64,000 nucleotides of DNA. It comes from an uncultured delta proteobacterium (GTDB lineage: Bacteria > Desulfobacterota > Binatia > HRBIN30 > BPIQ01). Within the stretch, counting starts at the first letter, position 1. Each line of letters starts with the position of its first letter. This document shows positions 21,205 to 30,967 of the stretch, piece by piece. The DNA lies in the NCBI GenBank assembly GCA_963761335.1, contig CAVXGR010000012.1:320001-384000 (forward strand), written 5' to 3'. The position numbers and the translations under genes are program-made. The notes beneath the pieces are model-generated. The model was not told the DNA's origin, ran no database searches, and was given only the letters and a program-made list of their open reading frames with translations.

Positions 21205-21954
21205 ATGTACCCGGTCCTCTTCCGCATCGGTCCGATCGCCGTCGAGAGCTTCTGGGTCATGGTGTTTCTCGGCTTTGCCGCCGCCGCCGTGGTGACCCGC
21301 GCCGAGTTCAAGCGCGAGGGAGTCGACCCGCACCTGACCTACGATCTGATCCTCTACGCCTATGTCGGCGGCCTGCTCGGCGCGCGACTCTTCCTGCTGT
21401 TCACTGACTGGGATCTCTTCATCGCGGATCCGTTCACCTTCCTGTTCTCCGGCAGCGGCTGGGTCTGGTACGGCGGCCTCATCGGCGGCGCGCTCGCCGT
21501 GACCGCCGGCTCGCTCTACCACCGCATCCCGATCGCCGTGGTCGCCGACGCCGCCGGTCCGGCGCTGGCGATCGCGCAGGCGATCGGCCGAATGGGCTGC
21601 CAGCTCGCCGGCGACGGCGACTACGGGATCCCGACCAGTCTCCCCTGGGGAATGAGCTATCCGCACGGTGTCGTCCCCACCACCGAGCTGGTCCATCCGA
21701 CGCCGATCTACGAAGCGATCCTCTATACGGCGATCTTTTTCTGGCTCTGGCGGCGGCGCGGCAAGATGGCCTCCGCCGAGCCCTTCGCGCAGTACCTCAT
21801 TCTCAGCGGCATAGCGCGCTTCGGCGTCGAGTTCCTGCGGCGCAATCCGGTGGTCGCCGGCGGCCTCACCGTGGCGCAGTGGATCAGCGTCGCCAGCGTC
21901 CTGCTCGGCGTCGGGCTGGTCGTCGCCTTCAGAAGAAAGCCAGCCGTTGGGTAG
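21205..21954 (+). CDS. lgt: Prolipoprotein diacylglyceryl transferase
   Basis: GGLLGARL, WYGGLIGG, IGRMGC, HPTPIYE, RFGVEFLR. Confidence 0.92.
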   Translation: MYPVLFRIGPIAVESFWVMVFLGFAAAAVVTRAEFKREGVDPHLTYDLILYAYVGGLLGARLFLLFTDWDLFIADPFTFLFSGSGWVWYGGLIGGALAVTAGSLYHRIPIAVVADAAGPALAIAQAIGRMGCQLAGDGDYGIPTSLPWGMSYPHGVVPTTELVHPTPIYEAILYTAIFFWLWRRRGKMASAEPFAQYLILSGIARFGVEFLRRNPVVAGGLTVAQWISVASVLLGVGLVVAFRRKPAVG

Positions 21955-22846
21955 CTCGGCGGCTCGCTGACGCGGATCTCGGCAGAGCGACCGGGCCGGC
22001 GAACGACCGGGGCAGCGGGCAACCGGGGGGCGGCATCTCGCCGAAGATGATGTCGATCGCCGCGTTCAGGTCGGCGAGGTCGATCGAGCCATCACAAGTG
22101 GCGTCGGCGCCTCCGCAGGAGCCGGGCATGCCGAGATCCCACACCTGCAACACGGCCGGAAGGTCGCCCGCGGTGATCACCCCGTCGCAGTTGGCGTCGC
22201 CGGGCAGCGGCTGGGGAGTCGGCGTCGCGGTCGGCGGTGGCGTCGGACTCTGCGTCAACGTCGGGGTCGCGGTCGCGCTCGGCGTCGGAGTCCCGGTCGC
22301 GCCGCCGGCCACGACATTGACCCAGTAGGTCGTCGCCGCCCCCAGATCACCCGTCTGATCGCGGCTCAGATTCACGCTGTTTCCGGCGCCGAACAAAGTC
22401 TGCGTTCCCGCCGCGAGCGGCGCCGTCCAGGTAAACTCCCACGACGCCACGGCGTCGACGTTGTCCTTCGGGCTGGTGTGCGTCAGCTCGACCGATCCCG
22501 CCGGACCGACAGCGATCTCTCCCTGTCCCTCAACCTGGTCCAGCTTCCCGTCGCTGCTGGCGACGTTGAAGCCGGCGGCCACCTGCGTGGCCGGGGCCGC
22601 GGACTGCACCGTGAAGTGAAAGGTCGCCGTCGCCCCGGCCGCCATCTCTTGAGGGCCGTCGAAGCTCACCGTGGGAGCAACTCCACCGCTGTGGCAGGAG
22701 TCGCAGAAGGTGCCGAACTTGCCCGATTGTCCGATGACGCCGGAAGAGCTCGCCTGCGCCGCACTCGCAGCGACGCCCAGGGCGACGGCCGCAGCGGCGA
22801 CCAGGAACCGGATGTGGGCGGGTGCACGGAGATGCCAGGGAAACAT
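21929..22846 (-). CDS. Secreted Reeler/choice-of-anchor V-like protein with CxxCH, PT linker and dockerin-like C-terminus
   Basis: Signal peptide, CDSCH, ELTHTSPK, WEFTWTAP, AGNSVN, then GDANCDGVITAGDL / DATCDGSIDLADL EF-hand-like repeats. Confidence 0.75.
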   Translation of the reverse strand: MFPWHLRAPAHIRFLVAAAAVALGVAASAAQASSSGVIGQSGKFGTFCDSCHSGGVAPTVSFDGPQEMAAGATATFHFTVQSAAPATQVAAGFNVASSDGKLDQVEGQGEIAVGPAGSVELTHTSPKDNVDAVASWEFTWTAPLAAGTQTLFGAGNSVNLSRDQTGDLGAATTYWVNVVAGGATGTPTPSATATPTLTQSPTPPPTATPTPQPLPGDANCDGVITAGDLPAVLQVWDLGMPGSCGGADATCDGSIDLADLNAAIDIIFGEMPPPGCPLPRSFAGPVALPRSASASRRATQRLAFF

Positions 22847-23106
22847 GCCGCTGATCCTCGAGACGGGCCCACATGTACGCGCACAGCTGCTGGCATTGGG
22901 GTTAGGCGAGCCGCCGGCCGCAGTCAAGCCGGGCACGTCACACATCAATAGTTGCACGAAGGTCATAATCGGCCGCCACAGCGGGTGTCACCCGATCACC
23001 GCTGAGCCGTCAAAATAGCCGCCAAAGTACGTCACCGCGCAGCCTAGCTCGCTATAGAGCGGCACTTCGACCTCGACAAGTACTGTGCGCGCGAACCTCC
23101 GGCCAG

Positions 23107-23123
23107 CTGGTACGACGGTTGCT
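23107..23123 (+). promoter_or_regulatory. Sigma-54 (-24/-12) promoter upstream of the pilin gene
   Basis: cTGGTACGacggTTGCt matches TGGCACG-N4-TTGCW with exact GG-N10-GC spacing, 52 bp before the pilin ATG. Confidence 0.7.
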
Positions 23124-23175
23124 TGCTGGAGCAAACGAGAGGTGAGCGCCTCCGCTGGAAAAGAGGACGTCGGCC

Positions 23176-23580
23176 ATGCATTCACAAAAGGGATTCACAC
23201 TGCTCGAGCTCCTGGTCACCATGACCATCGTCTTCATCCTGTCGTCGATGGCGATCCAGGCGTACAACGCGTATCGCATGCGATCTTACGAGGCGGTCGC
23301 CATGAGCTACATGCGCAACTGGGTAGCGGCGCAGGAGCTCTATCTGCAGACCTACGGCCACTACGCCGACGCCGACGAGCAGCTGCAGACGCAGCTTCAT
23401 GTTCTCTACGTGCCGAACATGACCAAGGTTCCGTACGACTTCTCCATCGACTCCGGCAACACGGCGACGGAGACCTGGTATGGGCGGGCACGCCCGCTCA
23501 AGAGCGGCCTGCGCTACTTCTACATCGACTATAGCGGACGCCTGCTCTGGTCGATGTCAGGCCCACCCAGCCCGCCCTGA
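23176..23580 (+). CDS. Type IV pilin / pseudopilin
   Basis: Class III signal QKG|FTLLELLVTM with E5 and a hydrophobic helix; GAGG RBS. Confidence 0.9.
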   Translation: MHSQKGFTLLELLVTMTIVFILSSMAIQAYNAYRMRSYEAVAMSYMRNWVAAQELYLQTYGHYADADEQLQTQLHVLYVPNMTKVPYDFSIDSGNTATETWYGRARPLKSGLRYFYIDYSGRLLWSMSGPPSPP

Positions 23581-23584
23581 ATCT

Positions 23585-24145
23585 CTATTTGATCAGGCGG
23601 TGGATGGCCTTGAACTCGGGTGCCGCGGCGGTGCGGACCCATTCGAGGCAGATCATCTCGACCGTCGCCGGCACGGCACCCGAACCGATCATCTTCTCCC
23701 AGGCGACCTGATAGTCGGACGCGAAGCGCGAGGAGATCGCATCTCGGGCGACGTGCACGGTATAGCCGGCTGCGAGGAGGTCGTGCACCGTCTGATTGAC
23801 GCAGGCATGCGCTTCGATGCCGCAGACGACCACCTGCCGCCGGCCGAGCGCTTCGAGCTGGCGGGCGAAGCTGGGCTCCCCGCAGCAGCTCATCGACATC
23901 TTCTCGACCGCAGAGACACCCGCGGGAAGCGCTCGACGCACTTCCTCCAGCAGCCGCCCCAGCCCCTTGGGATACTGCTCGGTCGCGACGACCGGCACAC
24001 CCATCACCTTGGCCGCCTCGATCAGCGTGCAGACGCCTTTCACCATGCGCTCGTGCTCGACCGTCAGACCGCGATAGGCCTCCTGGACGTCGATCACCAC
24101 CAGGGCGCTGGCGAGGCGATCGAGAGTGCGCGGATTCGCTGCCAT
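23585..24145 (-). CDS. Isochorismatase/cysteine hydrolase family protein
   Basis: LVVIDVQE, TEQYPKGLG, EKMSMSC, CGIEAHACVNQT. Confidence 0.92.
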   Translation of the reverse strand: MAANPRTLDRLASALVVIDVQEAYRGLTVEHERMVKGVCTLIEAAKVMGVPVVATEQYPKGLGRLLEEVRRALPAGVSAVEKMSMSCCGEPSFARQLEALGRRQVVVCGIEAHACVNQTVHDLLAAGYTVHVARDAISSRFASDYQVAWEKMIGSGAVPATVEMICLEWVRTAAAPEFKAIHRLIK

Positions 24146-24168
24146 CGGCAAACCGAGCCGGGTGAGGC

Positions 24169-24813
24169 TCAGTGGGTGATCACCCTGATCGGCGGTGGCG
24201 GCATGTTGGGCAGGCCGCGCGGCAGGAAGAGGTTGAGCGCCGGCCCCGGCGGGAAGAAACGCGGGGCGTACACGTACGGCCCTTCCCGGTCGATCGCGAA
24301 CTGGTCCTGAAGCAGCATGCGCAGCGTCTGATGCCGCGAGCGGCCGCGGTCGAAGGAGGTCGTCACCAGGGGTTGCCGATAACACCGGCCGTAGTAGCAG
24401 TAGCTCGGGTACGGTGGCGGTGGCGGCGCGCTGCTCACCGCCGCGACCAGCGGCGCGTTGAACTGCACCACCGCCGGGGCCTGCTGCGCCTCCGCCATTC
24501 CCTGCCGCAGGCCGGCCGCATAGGCATCCTCCACGGAAGGCGCGTAGCGAACCACCTCCGCCTGCCGCTCTTCGGGCGCCGCTCGTTGCGGCGGCTGTGT
24601 CGCCGGCTCGCTGCCGGCGGTGCTCGCCGCTCGCGCCGGCTCGGCGACCAGGACCGTCGCGTCCTGGCGCTGCGCCTCGGGCACGAGCTCGCGCGAGTTG
24701 GTGTAGTGCCTCACCCCCTGCGCATCGTGCCACACATAGATGTCGGCGCCGGCGGGAGCGGCGCAGAGAAGAGCCATGGCGACAGCTGCGATGGTGGCGG
24801 TCATGGTTCCCAT
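24169..24813 (-). CDS. DUF4124 domain-containing secreted protein
   Basis: Signal peptide followed by ADIYVWHDAQGVRHYTN. Confidence 0.75.
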   Translation of the reverse strand: MGTMTATIAAVAMALLCAAPAGADIYVWHDAQGVRHYTNSRELVPEAQRQDATVLVAEPARAASTAGSEPATQPPQRAAPEERQAEVVRYAPSVEDAYAAGLRQGMAEAQQAPAVVQFNAPLVAAVSSAPPPPPYPSYCYYGRCYRQPLVTTSFDRGRSRHQTLRMLLQDQFAIDREGPYVYAPRFFPPGPALNLFLPRGLPNMPPPPIRVITH

Positions 24814-24880
24814 GGCAGGGCAATTCTACTGCGCCGCGGCGAGTGCGGCAACCAATTAGACCCGCAAGCGGCAATCCGCT

Positions 24881-25417
24881 ATGGGGAACGGCCGGAAGAC
24901 GATCATGAGCTTCGAGAGCGAATGCGGCCTGGCCGCCGACACCAAGGTCGAGACGCCCGAGGGACCGATGACCGTCCGCGGGCTCGCCGGCAAGAGCATA
25001 TCCGTCTTCACGCGCGACCATGCCGGCACGGTCGTCTTCCGCCCCACGGCGGACGTGCGCAAGATTGCCGACGACGCCCCCGTCTTGCGCATCGCTCTGG
25101 ACAACGGCTGGAGCTTCCGCGTCATCCCTGGGCAGATCCTGTTCACGGTCGCCATGGAGCCGATCCGCGCCGCCGAGCTCAAAGCGGGAAACGAGTTGCT
25201 GCCGGCGTTCCACTACCCGGCCGGCTACCATTACTTCACCGATCAGGGCGAGGAGCGGGTGTCGACCGCGGCGCTGCGCGTCGCCGAGATCGCCCCGCCG
25301 GGAGCCGCCGAGGTGTACTCACTGCGCGTCAAGCAAACGGGCTGCTTCTTTCTCAGCGCCGGCGTCCTCTGCCGCGCCGAGGCCGCCCCGATTGACCCGG
25401 CCGTGCACGCCGACTAG
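24881..25417 (+). CDS. Stand-alone Hint (intein-like) domain protein with non-canonical catalytic residues
   Basis: Block A-like CGLAADTKVETPEG, block B-like VLRIALDNGWSFRVIPGQILFT, IRAAELKAGNEL, block F/G-like EVYSLRVKQTGCFFLSAGVLC; alternative start ATG 24905. Confidence 0.75.
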   Translation: MGNGRKTIMSFESECGLAADTKVETPEGPMTVRGLAGKSISVFTRDHAGTVVFRPTADVRKIADDAPVLRIALDNGWSFRVIPGQILFTVAMEPIRAAELKAGNELLPAFHYPAGYHYFTDQGEERVSTAALRVAEIAPPGAAEVYSLRVKQTGCFFLSAGVLCRAEAAPIDPAVHAD

Positions 25418-25426
25418 AGGGCCGGA

Positions 25427-26611
25427 ATGAGCACGGAGAACCTGGCATCGTTTCGCGCCGAGCTGCGCCAGTGGCTGGCGGCCAACCTTCCCGACGATCT
25501 GCGCCCGGAGCGGGCCGCCGATCTCCCCGAGGCGGAGCGCGTGCAGCGCCTGCGCGCCTGGCAGAAGAAGCTGGCCGAGGCGCGCTGGGTCGGCATCACC
25601 TGGCCGGAGGAGTATGGCGGCCGCGGCGCCTCCATCCCGCAGCAGATCGCCTACACCCAGGAGATGGCGCGCGCCGAGGCACCCGAGGTGGTCGGCAGCC
25701 TGGGCATCGGCATCGCCGGTCCTCCCCTGATCGCCTACGGCACCGAGGAGCAGAAACGGCGCTTCGCCCGCCGCATTCTGAGCGCCGACGATCTCTGGTG
25801 CTTCGGCTTCTCGGAGCCGGGAGCGGGCTCCGATCTCGCCTCGCTGCGCACCCGTGCCGATCTCGACGGCGACCACTTCGTGCTCAGCGGACAGAAGGTG
25901 TGGACGACGCTGGCGCATCACGCCGGCTGGTGCATGGTGCTGTGCCGAACCGATCCCGAGTCGGCGCGGCGCCAGGGAATCTCCTGCCTGCTGGTCGACA
26001 TGAAGAGTCCAGGGGTCACCGTGCGCCCGCTGCGGCAGATCGGCGGCCAGTCGGAGTTCAACGAGATCTTCTTCGAAGAGGTGCGCGTTCCCCGGGAGAA
26101 CATGCTCGGCGAGCTGCACGGCGGCTGGCAGATCGCCACCGCCGCGCTGCAGAACGAGCGCGGCATTCTCTACGTGGTGGAGATGCAGATCCTGCTGACC
26201 AAGGCGCGCGATCAGCTCGTCCGCCTGGCGCGCCAGCGGCCGGCGGCACAGGACCCGATCCAGCGGCAGGCGCTCGCCGACGTGTACCTCGGCGTCGAGA
26301 CCTTCCGGCAGACGTGCCAGCGCACTCTCGAGAAGCTGCTGCGCATGGGCATGCCCGGCCCGGAGGCCTCGATCATCAAGCTGCACTGGACCGAGCTCAC
26401 CCAGGCGATGGCGCGCATCGGCATGTCGATCATCGGCATGGAGGGCCTGCTCTACGACACCCCCAGCGAGGCGCAGCCGCGCGGCAATCCCGACCAGGCA
26501 GTGCAGCGCTCGTTCCTCTTCGCGCCGGCCGCCAGCATCGCCTCCGGCACCTCGGAGATCATGCGCGGCATCATCGCCATGCAGGTCCTGGGATTGCCGC
26601 GCGGCAGGTGA
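25427..26611 (+). CDS. Acyl-CoA dehydrogenase
   Basis: WCFGFSEPGAGSDLASL, GQKVWTT, FNEIFF, LQNER, SIASGTSEIMR. Confidence 0.93.
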   Translation: MSTENLASFRAELRQWLAANLPDDLRPERAADLPEAERVQRLRAWQKKLAEARWVGITWPEEYGGRGASIPQQIAYTQEMARAEAPEVVGSLGIGIAGPPLIAYGTEEQKRRFARRILSADDLWCFGFSEPGAGSDLASLRTRADLDGDHFVLSGQKVWTTLAHHAGWCMVLCRTDPESARRQGISCLLVDMKSPGVTVRPLRQIGGQSEFNEIFFEEVRVPRENMLGELHGGWQIATAALQNERGILYVVEMQILLTKARDQLVRLARQRPAAQDPIQRQALADVYLGVETFRQTCQRTLEKLLRMGMPGPEASIIKLHWTELTQAMARIGMSIIGMEGLLYDTPSEAQPRGNPDQAVQRSFLFAPAASIASGTSEIMRGIIAMQVLGLPRGR

Positions 26612-26705
26612 CCGCCATCGGTTGACGACCGCCCGGAAAAATGCGATCAGCCCTGTTTCCCGAGTGGTTCCCACCTCGCGCAGTAAAAACAGGGAGTTTC
26701 GAAAC

Positions 26706-28013
26706 ATGCACGAGATCAACAAGGTAGTCATCCTCGGCGCCAACGGCACCATGGGCGCGGGCAGTGCCGAGGTATTCGCGGCCGACGGCTGCGAGGTGAC
26801 ATTGCTGGCCCGCGCCGTCGACAAGGCGCGCGAGGGACTGGTGGGTGCCCAGAACATGGCGCGCTCGGAGCGCATCGCCGATCGCATGAAGCTCGGCAAC
26901 TACGACGGCGACCTGGTCGAGGCCGTGCGCGAGGCGGACCTGATCTTCGAGGCACTGGCCGAGGACATCGAGCTGAAGAAAGCGTTCTTCACCCGCGTCG
27001 ACGAGCACCGCCGGCCCGAATCGATCGTCGCCACCGTATCCTCGGGACTCTCGATCGCCGAGATGGCGGCAGGTCGCAGCCCGAGCTTTCAGAAGAACTT
27101 CCTCGGCATCCACCTGTTCAACCCGCCCCATGTGATCGTCGGCACCGAGGTGATTCCCCACGGCGGTACGGCGCCCGAGCTGGTACCCGAGGTGATCGAC
27201 ATGCTCGAGCGCCGCTTTGGCCGCGTCGTCACCCTCTGCCGCGACATGCCGGCTTTCGCCGGCAATCGCGTCGGCTTCAAGGTCCTCAACGAGGTGGCGC
27301 AGCTCGCTACCGGTCACGGCGTCGCCTTCATGGATTATCTGATCGGACCGTACACCGGCCGCGCCATGCCGCCGCTGGCGACCGTGGATCTGGTGGGATG
27401 GGACGTCCACAAGGCGATCGTCGACAACGTGCATGCGCACACCGACGACGAGGCCCACGACACCTTCGAGCTGCCGACCTACATGGCGGAGCTCGTCGAC
27501 GACGGCCACCTGGGCAACAAGACCCCCGAGCACGGCGGCTTCTACCGGCGCGTCAAGCAGGACGGCAAGGCGGTCAATCTGGTTCTCGACCCCTCGAGCG
27601 GCAACTACAAGGCGCCGGCGGAGTGCAAGGTCGCTCCCCTGCCCTGGGTCGAGAAGATGAGGCAGATGAACGAAATCGGCCGCTATGCCGATGCCACCCA
27701 GATCTTCATCCAGGCCGAGGGCGACGAGGCCGACCTCGCCCGCAAGGTGATCTTCGGCTACGTCAGCTACGCCCTCAACCGCGTCGGCGATGGCGAGGTG
27801 GTCCGCGAGCCGCGCGACGTCGACCGCATCATGGGCTTCGGCTTCAACTGGGCGCCACCGACGGTGCTGGTCGACCTGATCGGGGTGAAGGCGGCGATCA
27901 AGGCGATCGAGCGCTGCGGCCTCAAGGTGCCCAAGGTGTTGACCCAGGCGGACGCGTCGAAGCCGCTGTTCCGCGAGCCGCACGTCAACGTCGGCCGTTT
28001 CTTCGCCGCCTGA
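26706..28013 (+). CDS. 3-hydroxyacyl-CoA dehydrogenase family protein
   Basis: GANGTMG Rossmann motif, FEALAE..LK, HLFNPP, FAGNRVG; GGGAG RBS before ATG 26706. Confidence 0.9.
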   Translation: MHEINKVVILGANGTMGAGSAEVFAADGCEVTLLARAVDKAREGLVGAQNMARSERIADRMKLGNYDGDLVEAVREADLIFEALAEDIELKKAFFTRVDEHRRPESIVATVSSGLSIAEMAAGRSPSFQKNFLGIHLFNPPHVIVGTEVIPHGGTAPELVPEVIDMLERRFGRVVTLCRDMPAFAGNRVGFKVLNEVAQLATGHGVAFMDYLIGPYTGRAMPPLATVDLVGWDVHKAIVDNVHAHTDDEAHDTFELPTYMAELVDDGHLGNKTPEHGGFYRRVKQDGKAVNLVLDPSSGNYKAPAECKVAPLPWVEKMRQMNEIGRYADATQIFIQAEGDEADLARKVIFGYVSYALNRVGDGEVVREPRDVDRIMGFGFNWAPPTVLVDLIGVKAAIKAIERCGLKVPKVLTQADASKPLFREPHVNVGRFFAA

Positions 28014-28138
28014 AGGACCCGACAGCGCTATTCGGAAACGCCTGCTCCCGCGCCCCTGGGCCACCTTGCGCCAGCGAGAAGCGCGATGGTAAGCTGTGCG
28101 GGCTCGCCAACGAGCACACACAGGACGAGGAGGCAATC

Positions 28139-29368
28139 ATGGCAGCACCGATATACGTTCTCGGCGGATACCAGACTGACTTCGCGCGCAACTGGCAGAA
28201 AGAGCGCAAGCACATCGCCGCCATGCTGCGCGAGGCGGTGCAGGGAGGCCTGGAGGCCACCGGCATCGAGGCGGGCGAGGTCGAGGTCGGCCACGTCGGC
28301 AACTTCGCCGCCGAGCTGTACGCCATGCAGGGCCATCTCGGCGCCTTCCTCGTCGACATCGAGCCGAGCTTCTCCGGCCTGCCGACCTCGCGCCACGAGG
28401 CGGCCTGCGCCTCGGGAAGCATCGCCATTCTCGCCGCCTCGGCCGAGATCGAGGCCGGTCGCTACGGCCTGGCCATGGTGGTCGGCGTCGAGCAGATGAA
28501 GACCGTCGACCCCGCCAAGGGCGGAGACTATCTCGGCACCGCGGCGTGGTACTCGCGCGAGGCCCAGGGGATCGAGTTTCCGTTTCCCAAGCTCTTCGGC
28601 CGCCTCGGCGACGAGTACGACAAGCGATTCGGTCTGAAGGACGAGCACCTGGCGCACATCTCGGCGGTCAACTATTCGAACGCCAAGCGCAACCCCAACG
28701 CGCAGACGCGCACCTGGTACATGACCGAGGAGCACGCCCGCGCCACCGGCAAGTACAACACCGTCATCGGCGGCCGCATCAAGATCGCCGACTGCTCGCA
28801 GGTGACCGATGGCGCCACCTCCCTCTTCCTGGCCTCGGAGAAGTGCGCCGGCGAGTACGCCAAGCGCCGCGGGCTGAAGCTGGCCGAAATTCCCCGCCTG
28901 CTCGGCTGGGGCCATCACACCGCCCCGATCGAGTTCAGCAGCAAGGTTGCCGAGAGCAAGGACAATCCCTACGTGCTGCCGCACACCCGGCAGGCCATTC
29001 TCGACGCCTTCCGCCGCGCCGACGTCGCCGACGTTTCCGCCATCGACGCCATCGAGACGCACGACTGCTTCACCACCTCGGAGTACATGGCCATCGATCA
29101 CTTCGGCATCACCGCTCCCGGCGAGTCGTGGAAGGCCGTCGAGGACGGCTCCATCGAGATGGGCGGGAGGATCCCCATCAATCCGAGTGGCGGCCTCATC
29201 GGCTGCGGTCACCCGGTCGGCGCCACCGGAACCCGGCAGGTGCTCGACGCCTACAAGCAGGTGACCGGGCAGTGCGGCGACTACCAGGTGGAGAACGCCA
29301 AGAAGGTCGCCACTCTCAACATCGGCGGGAGCGGCACGACCAGCGTCTCCTTCGTGGTCGGCTGCTGA
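28139..29368 (+). CDS. Thiolase (SCP2-type acetyl-CoA acetyltransferase)
   Basis: EAACASGS, CSQVTDG, ETHDCFT, NPSGGLIGCGHPVGATG, NIGGS. Confidence 0.92.
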   Translation: MAAPIYVLGGYQTDFARNWQKERKHIAAMLREAVQGGLEATGIEAGEVEVGHVGNFAAELYAMQGHLGAFLVDIEPSFSGLPTSRHEAACASGSIAILAASAEIEAGRYGLAMVVGVEQMKTVDPAKGGDYLGTAAWYSREAQGIEFPFPKLFGRLGDEYDKRFGLKDEHLAHISAVNYSNAKRNPNAQTRTWYMTEEHARATGKYNTVIGGRIKIADCSQVTDGATSLFLASEKCAGEYAKRRGLKLAEIPRLLGWGHHTAPIEFSSKVAESKDNPYVLPHTRQAILDAFRRADVADVSAIDAIETHDCFTTSEYMAIDHFGITAPGESWKAVEDGSIEMGGRIPINPSGGLIGCGHPVGATGTRQVLDAYKQVTGQCGDYQVENAKKVATLNIGGSGTTSVSFVVGC

Positions 29369-29483
29369 GCCGGCTCTACGCCGCAAATGCGAAACGGGCG
29401 CTGCGAGATCGCGCGCGATCCGTCGCGCCTGCTCACGCCGACTCTCAACTGAGCATACGTATCGCCCTCATCGGAGCGATGCT

Positions 29484-30203
29484 ATGCTCTTGCCGATGAT
29501 CAGCGGACCGCAGCTCCGGCGCTCGGCCTCGCGGCTCGGCCTCGCCGCCACCACCGCTCTGTTTCTCGTCTGCCCGGCCGGCACCGCGGCGCAGAGTGTC
29601 TCGGAGTCGAGCATCGGCGGCGTGCAGACCGGTACGCGTTCGCTGAGCGAGAGCAGTCGTCCTGTCGGCGCCGGAAGCCTGACCGTCGGCGAGGGCAGCG
29701 CCGACTCCATGCACTCGGGTCCGGTGCGCGGCCGGCGGCGCCTCGGCATGCGCTCCGGACCCGTCAGTGAGATCACCGTCGGCTCGGTGCGCAGCGGCAG
29801 GACGATGGCCAGGGGCGAAACCATCGGAGAATCGTCGGCCGGCGCAGTGAAAAAGGACCTCGCCGAGGGAATTCGCGCGCCCACCGAGGAGTCTCTCACC
29901 GACCTGGAGGACTTGCAGCGCCGACTCCGCCAGCTCCAGCCTGGAGTCGCGCCGGCCGCGCCGCAGGCGGACGAGGCAGCCGAGCAGATGCGGCAACAGC
30001 CGCAGCTCGCCGCGCCCGCTCCTCCACCTGAGGAGGAGAATGCGGAAGCGGAGCCCGAAGACGCGGTGCCCGCGGAAGATCCGCTGAACGACGCTGCCCC
30101 GGACGAGGCTGTCGCAGCGGATCAAGTGTCGCCTCCGGCGGTCACTGCAGGACAGCCCGACACCGCCGGTGCCGCGCCCGAGAGGGAGACGCCGGCGGAG
30201 TGA
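29484..30203 (+). CDS. Hypothetical secreted low-complexity protein
   Basis: Signal-like segment, repeated S.SESS/SVRSG units, acidic Pro/Ala-rich tail; stop overlaps the next start. Confidence 0.6.
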   Translation: MLLPMISGPQLRRSASRLGLAATTALFLVCPAGTAAQSVSESSIGGVQTGTRSLSESSRPVGAGSLTVGEGSADSMHSGPVRGRRRLGMRSGPVSEITVGSVRSGRTMARGETIGESSAGAVKKDLAEGIRAPTEESLTDLEDLQRRLRQLQPGVAPAAPQADEAAEQMRQQPQLAAPAPPPEEENAEAEPEDAVPAEDPLNDAAPDEAVAADQVSPPAVTAGQPDTAGAAPERETPAE

Positions 30204-30967
30204 CCGCCACCTCGAAGAGCGGCCGGGCGGGCGGCGCGCCCAGCGCCGCGGCGGCACTGGCAGGCGAGGTCGCGCTGGTCACCGGAGCGGGGCGCGGCAT
30301 CGGCCGCGCCACGGCATTGCGTCTGGCCGCGGCCGGCGCCGCAGTGGCGGCGCTGGCGCGTACACGCGAGGAGGTCGACGACTGCGTCCGCCAGATCCGC
30401 CTCGGCGGCGGCCGCGGAGCGAGCCAGGTCGTCGACCTCGGCGATGATGGGCACCTGCAGGAGGTGGTCGCCGCCGTCGAGAGCGAGCTCGGACCCGTCT
30501 CGATCCTGGTGAACAACGCCGGCTGGGCGCCGCCGCGCACGCCCCTGGGGCACATGGCGCCCGATGACGTCCGCCGCATGCTCGACGTGAATCTGCGGGC
30601 TCCGCTGCTGCTGACCCGCATGCTCTTGCCCGGCCTGCAGCAGCGCCCCACTGCCTGGATCATCAACGTCTGCTCCGCATTCTCGGCGCGGCCATTCGCC
30701 GGCGAAGCCGTGTACGCCGCCACCAAGGCGGGTCTCCTCGCCTTCACCTACGCCCTGGCACGCGAGTGCGCCGGCACCGGCGTGCGCGTCGCGGCGCTCT
30801 GCCCCGCGCATGTCGACACGGCGCTGATTCCAGCCAACCGCCACATCGATCGCGGGGCGTTCCTCCAACCCGATGAGGTCGCCAGCGCCGCCCTCGCCTT
30901 CGTGCTCGGCGACATCGCAGACGGTGAGGTCGAGCTGCGCATCCCGGCGCTCGGGGCCCGACCGTGA
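30200..30967 (+). CDS. Short-chain dehydrogenase/reductase
   Basis: TGAGRGIG, LVNNAG, YAATK. Confidence 0.9.
   Translation: MTATSKSGRAGGAPSAAAALAGEVALVTGAGRGIGRATALRLAAAGAAVAALARTREEVDDCVRQIRLGGGRGASQVVDLGDDGHLQEVVAAVESELGPVSILVNNAGWAPPRTPLGHMAPDDVRRMLDVNLRAPLLLTRMLLPGLQQRPTAWIINVCSAFSARPFAGEAVYAATKAGLLAFTYALARECAGTGVRVAALCPAHVDTALIPANRHIDRGAFLQPDEVASAALAFVLGDIADGEVELRIPALGARP

Noticed and set aside
23585..25231. 548 aa ORF suggesting an isochorismatase fusion
   Set aside because: The upstream part overlaps the DUF4124 and Hint genes; the real start is ATG 24145
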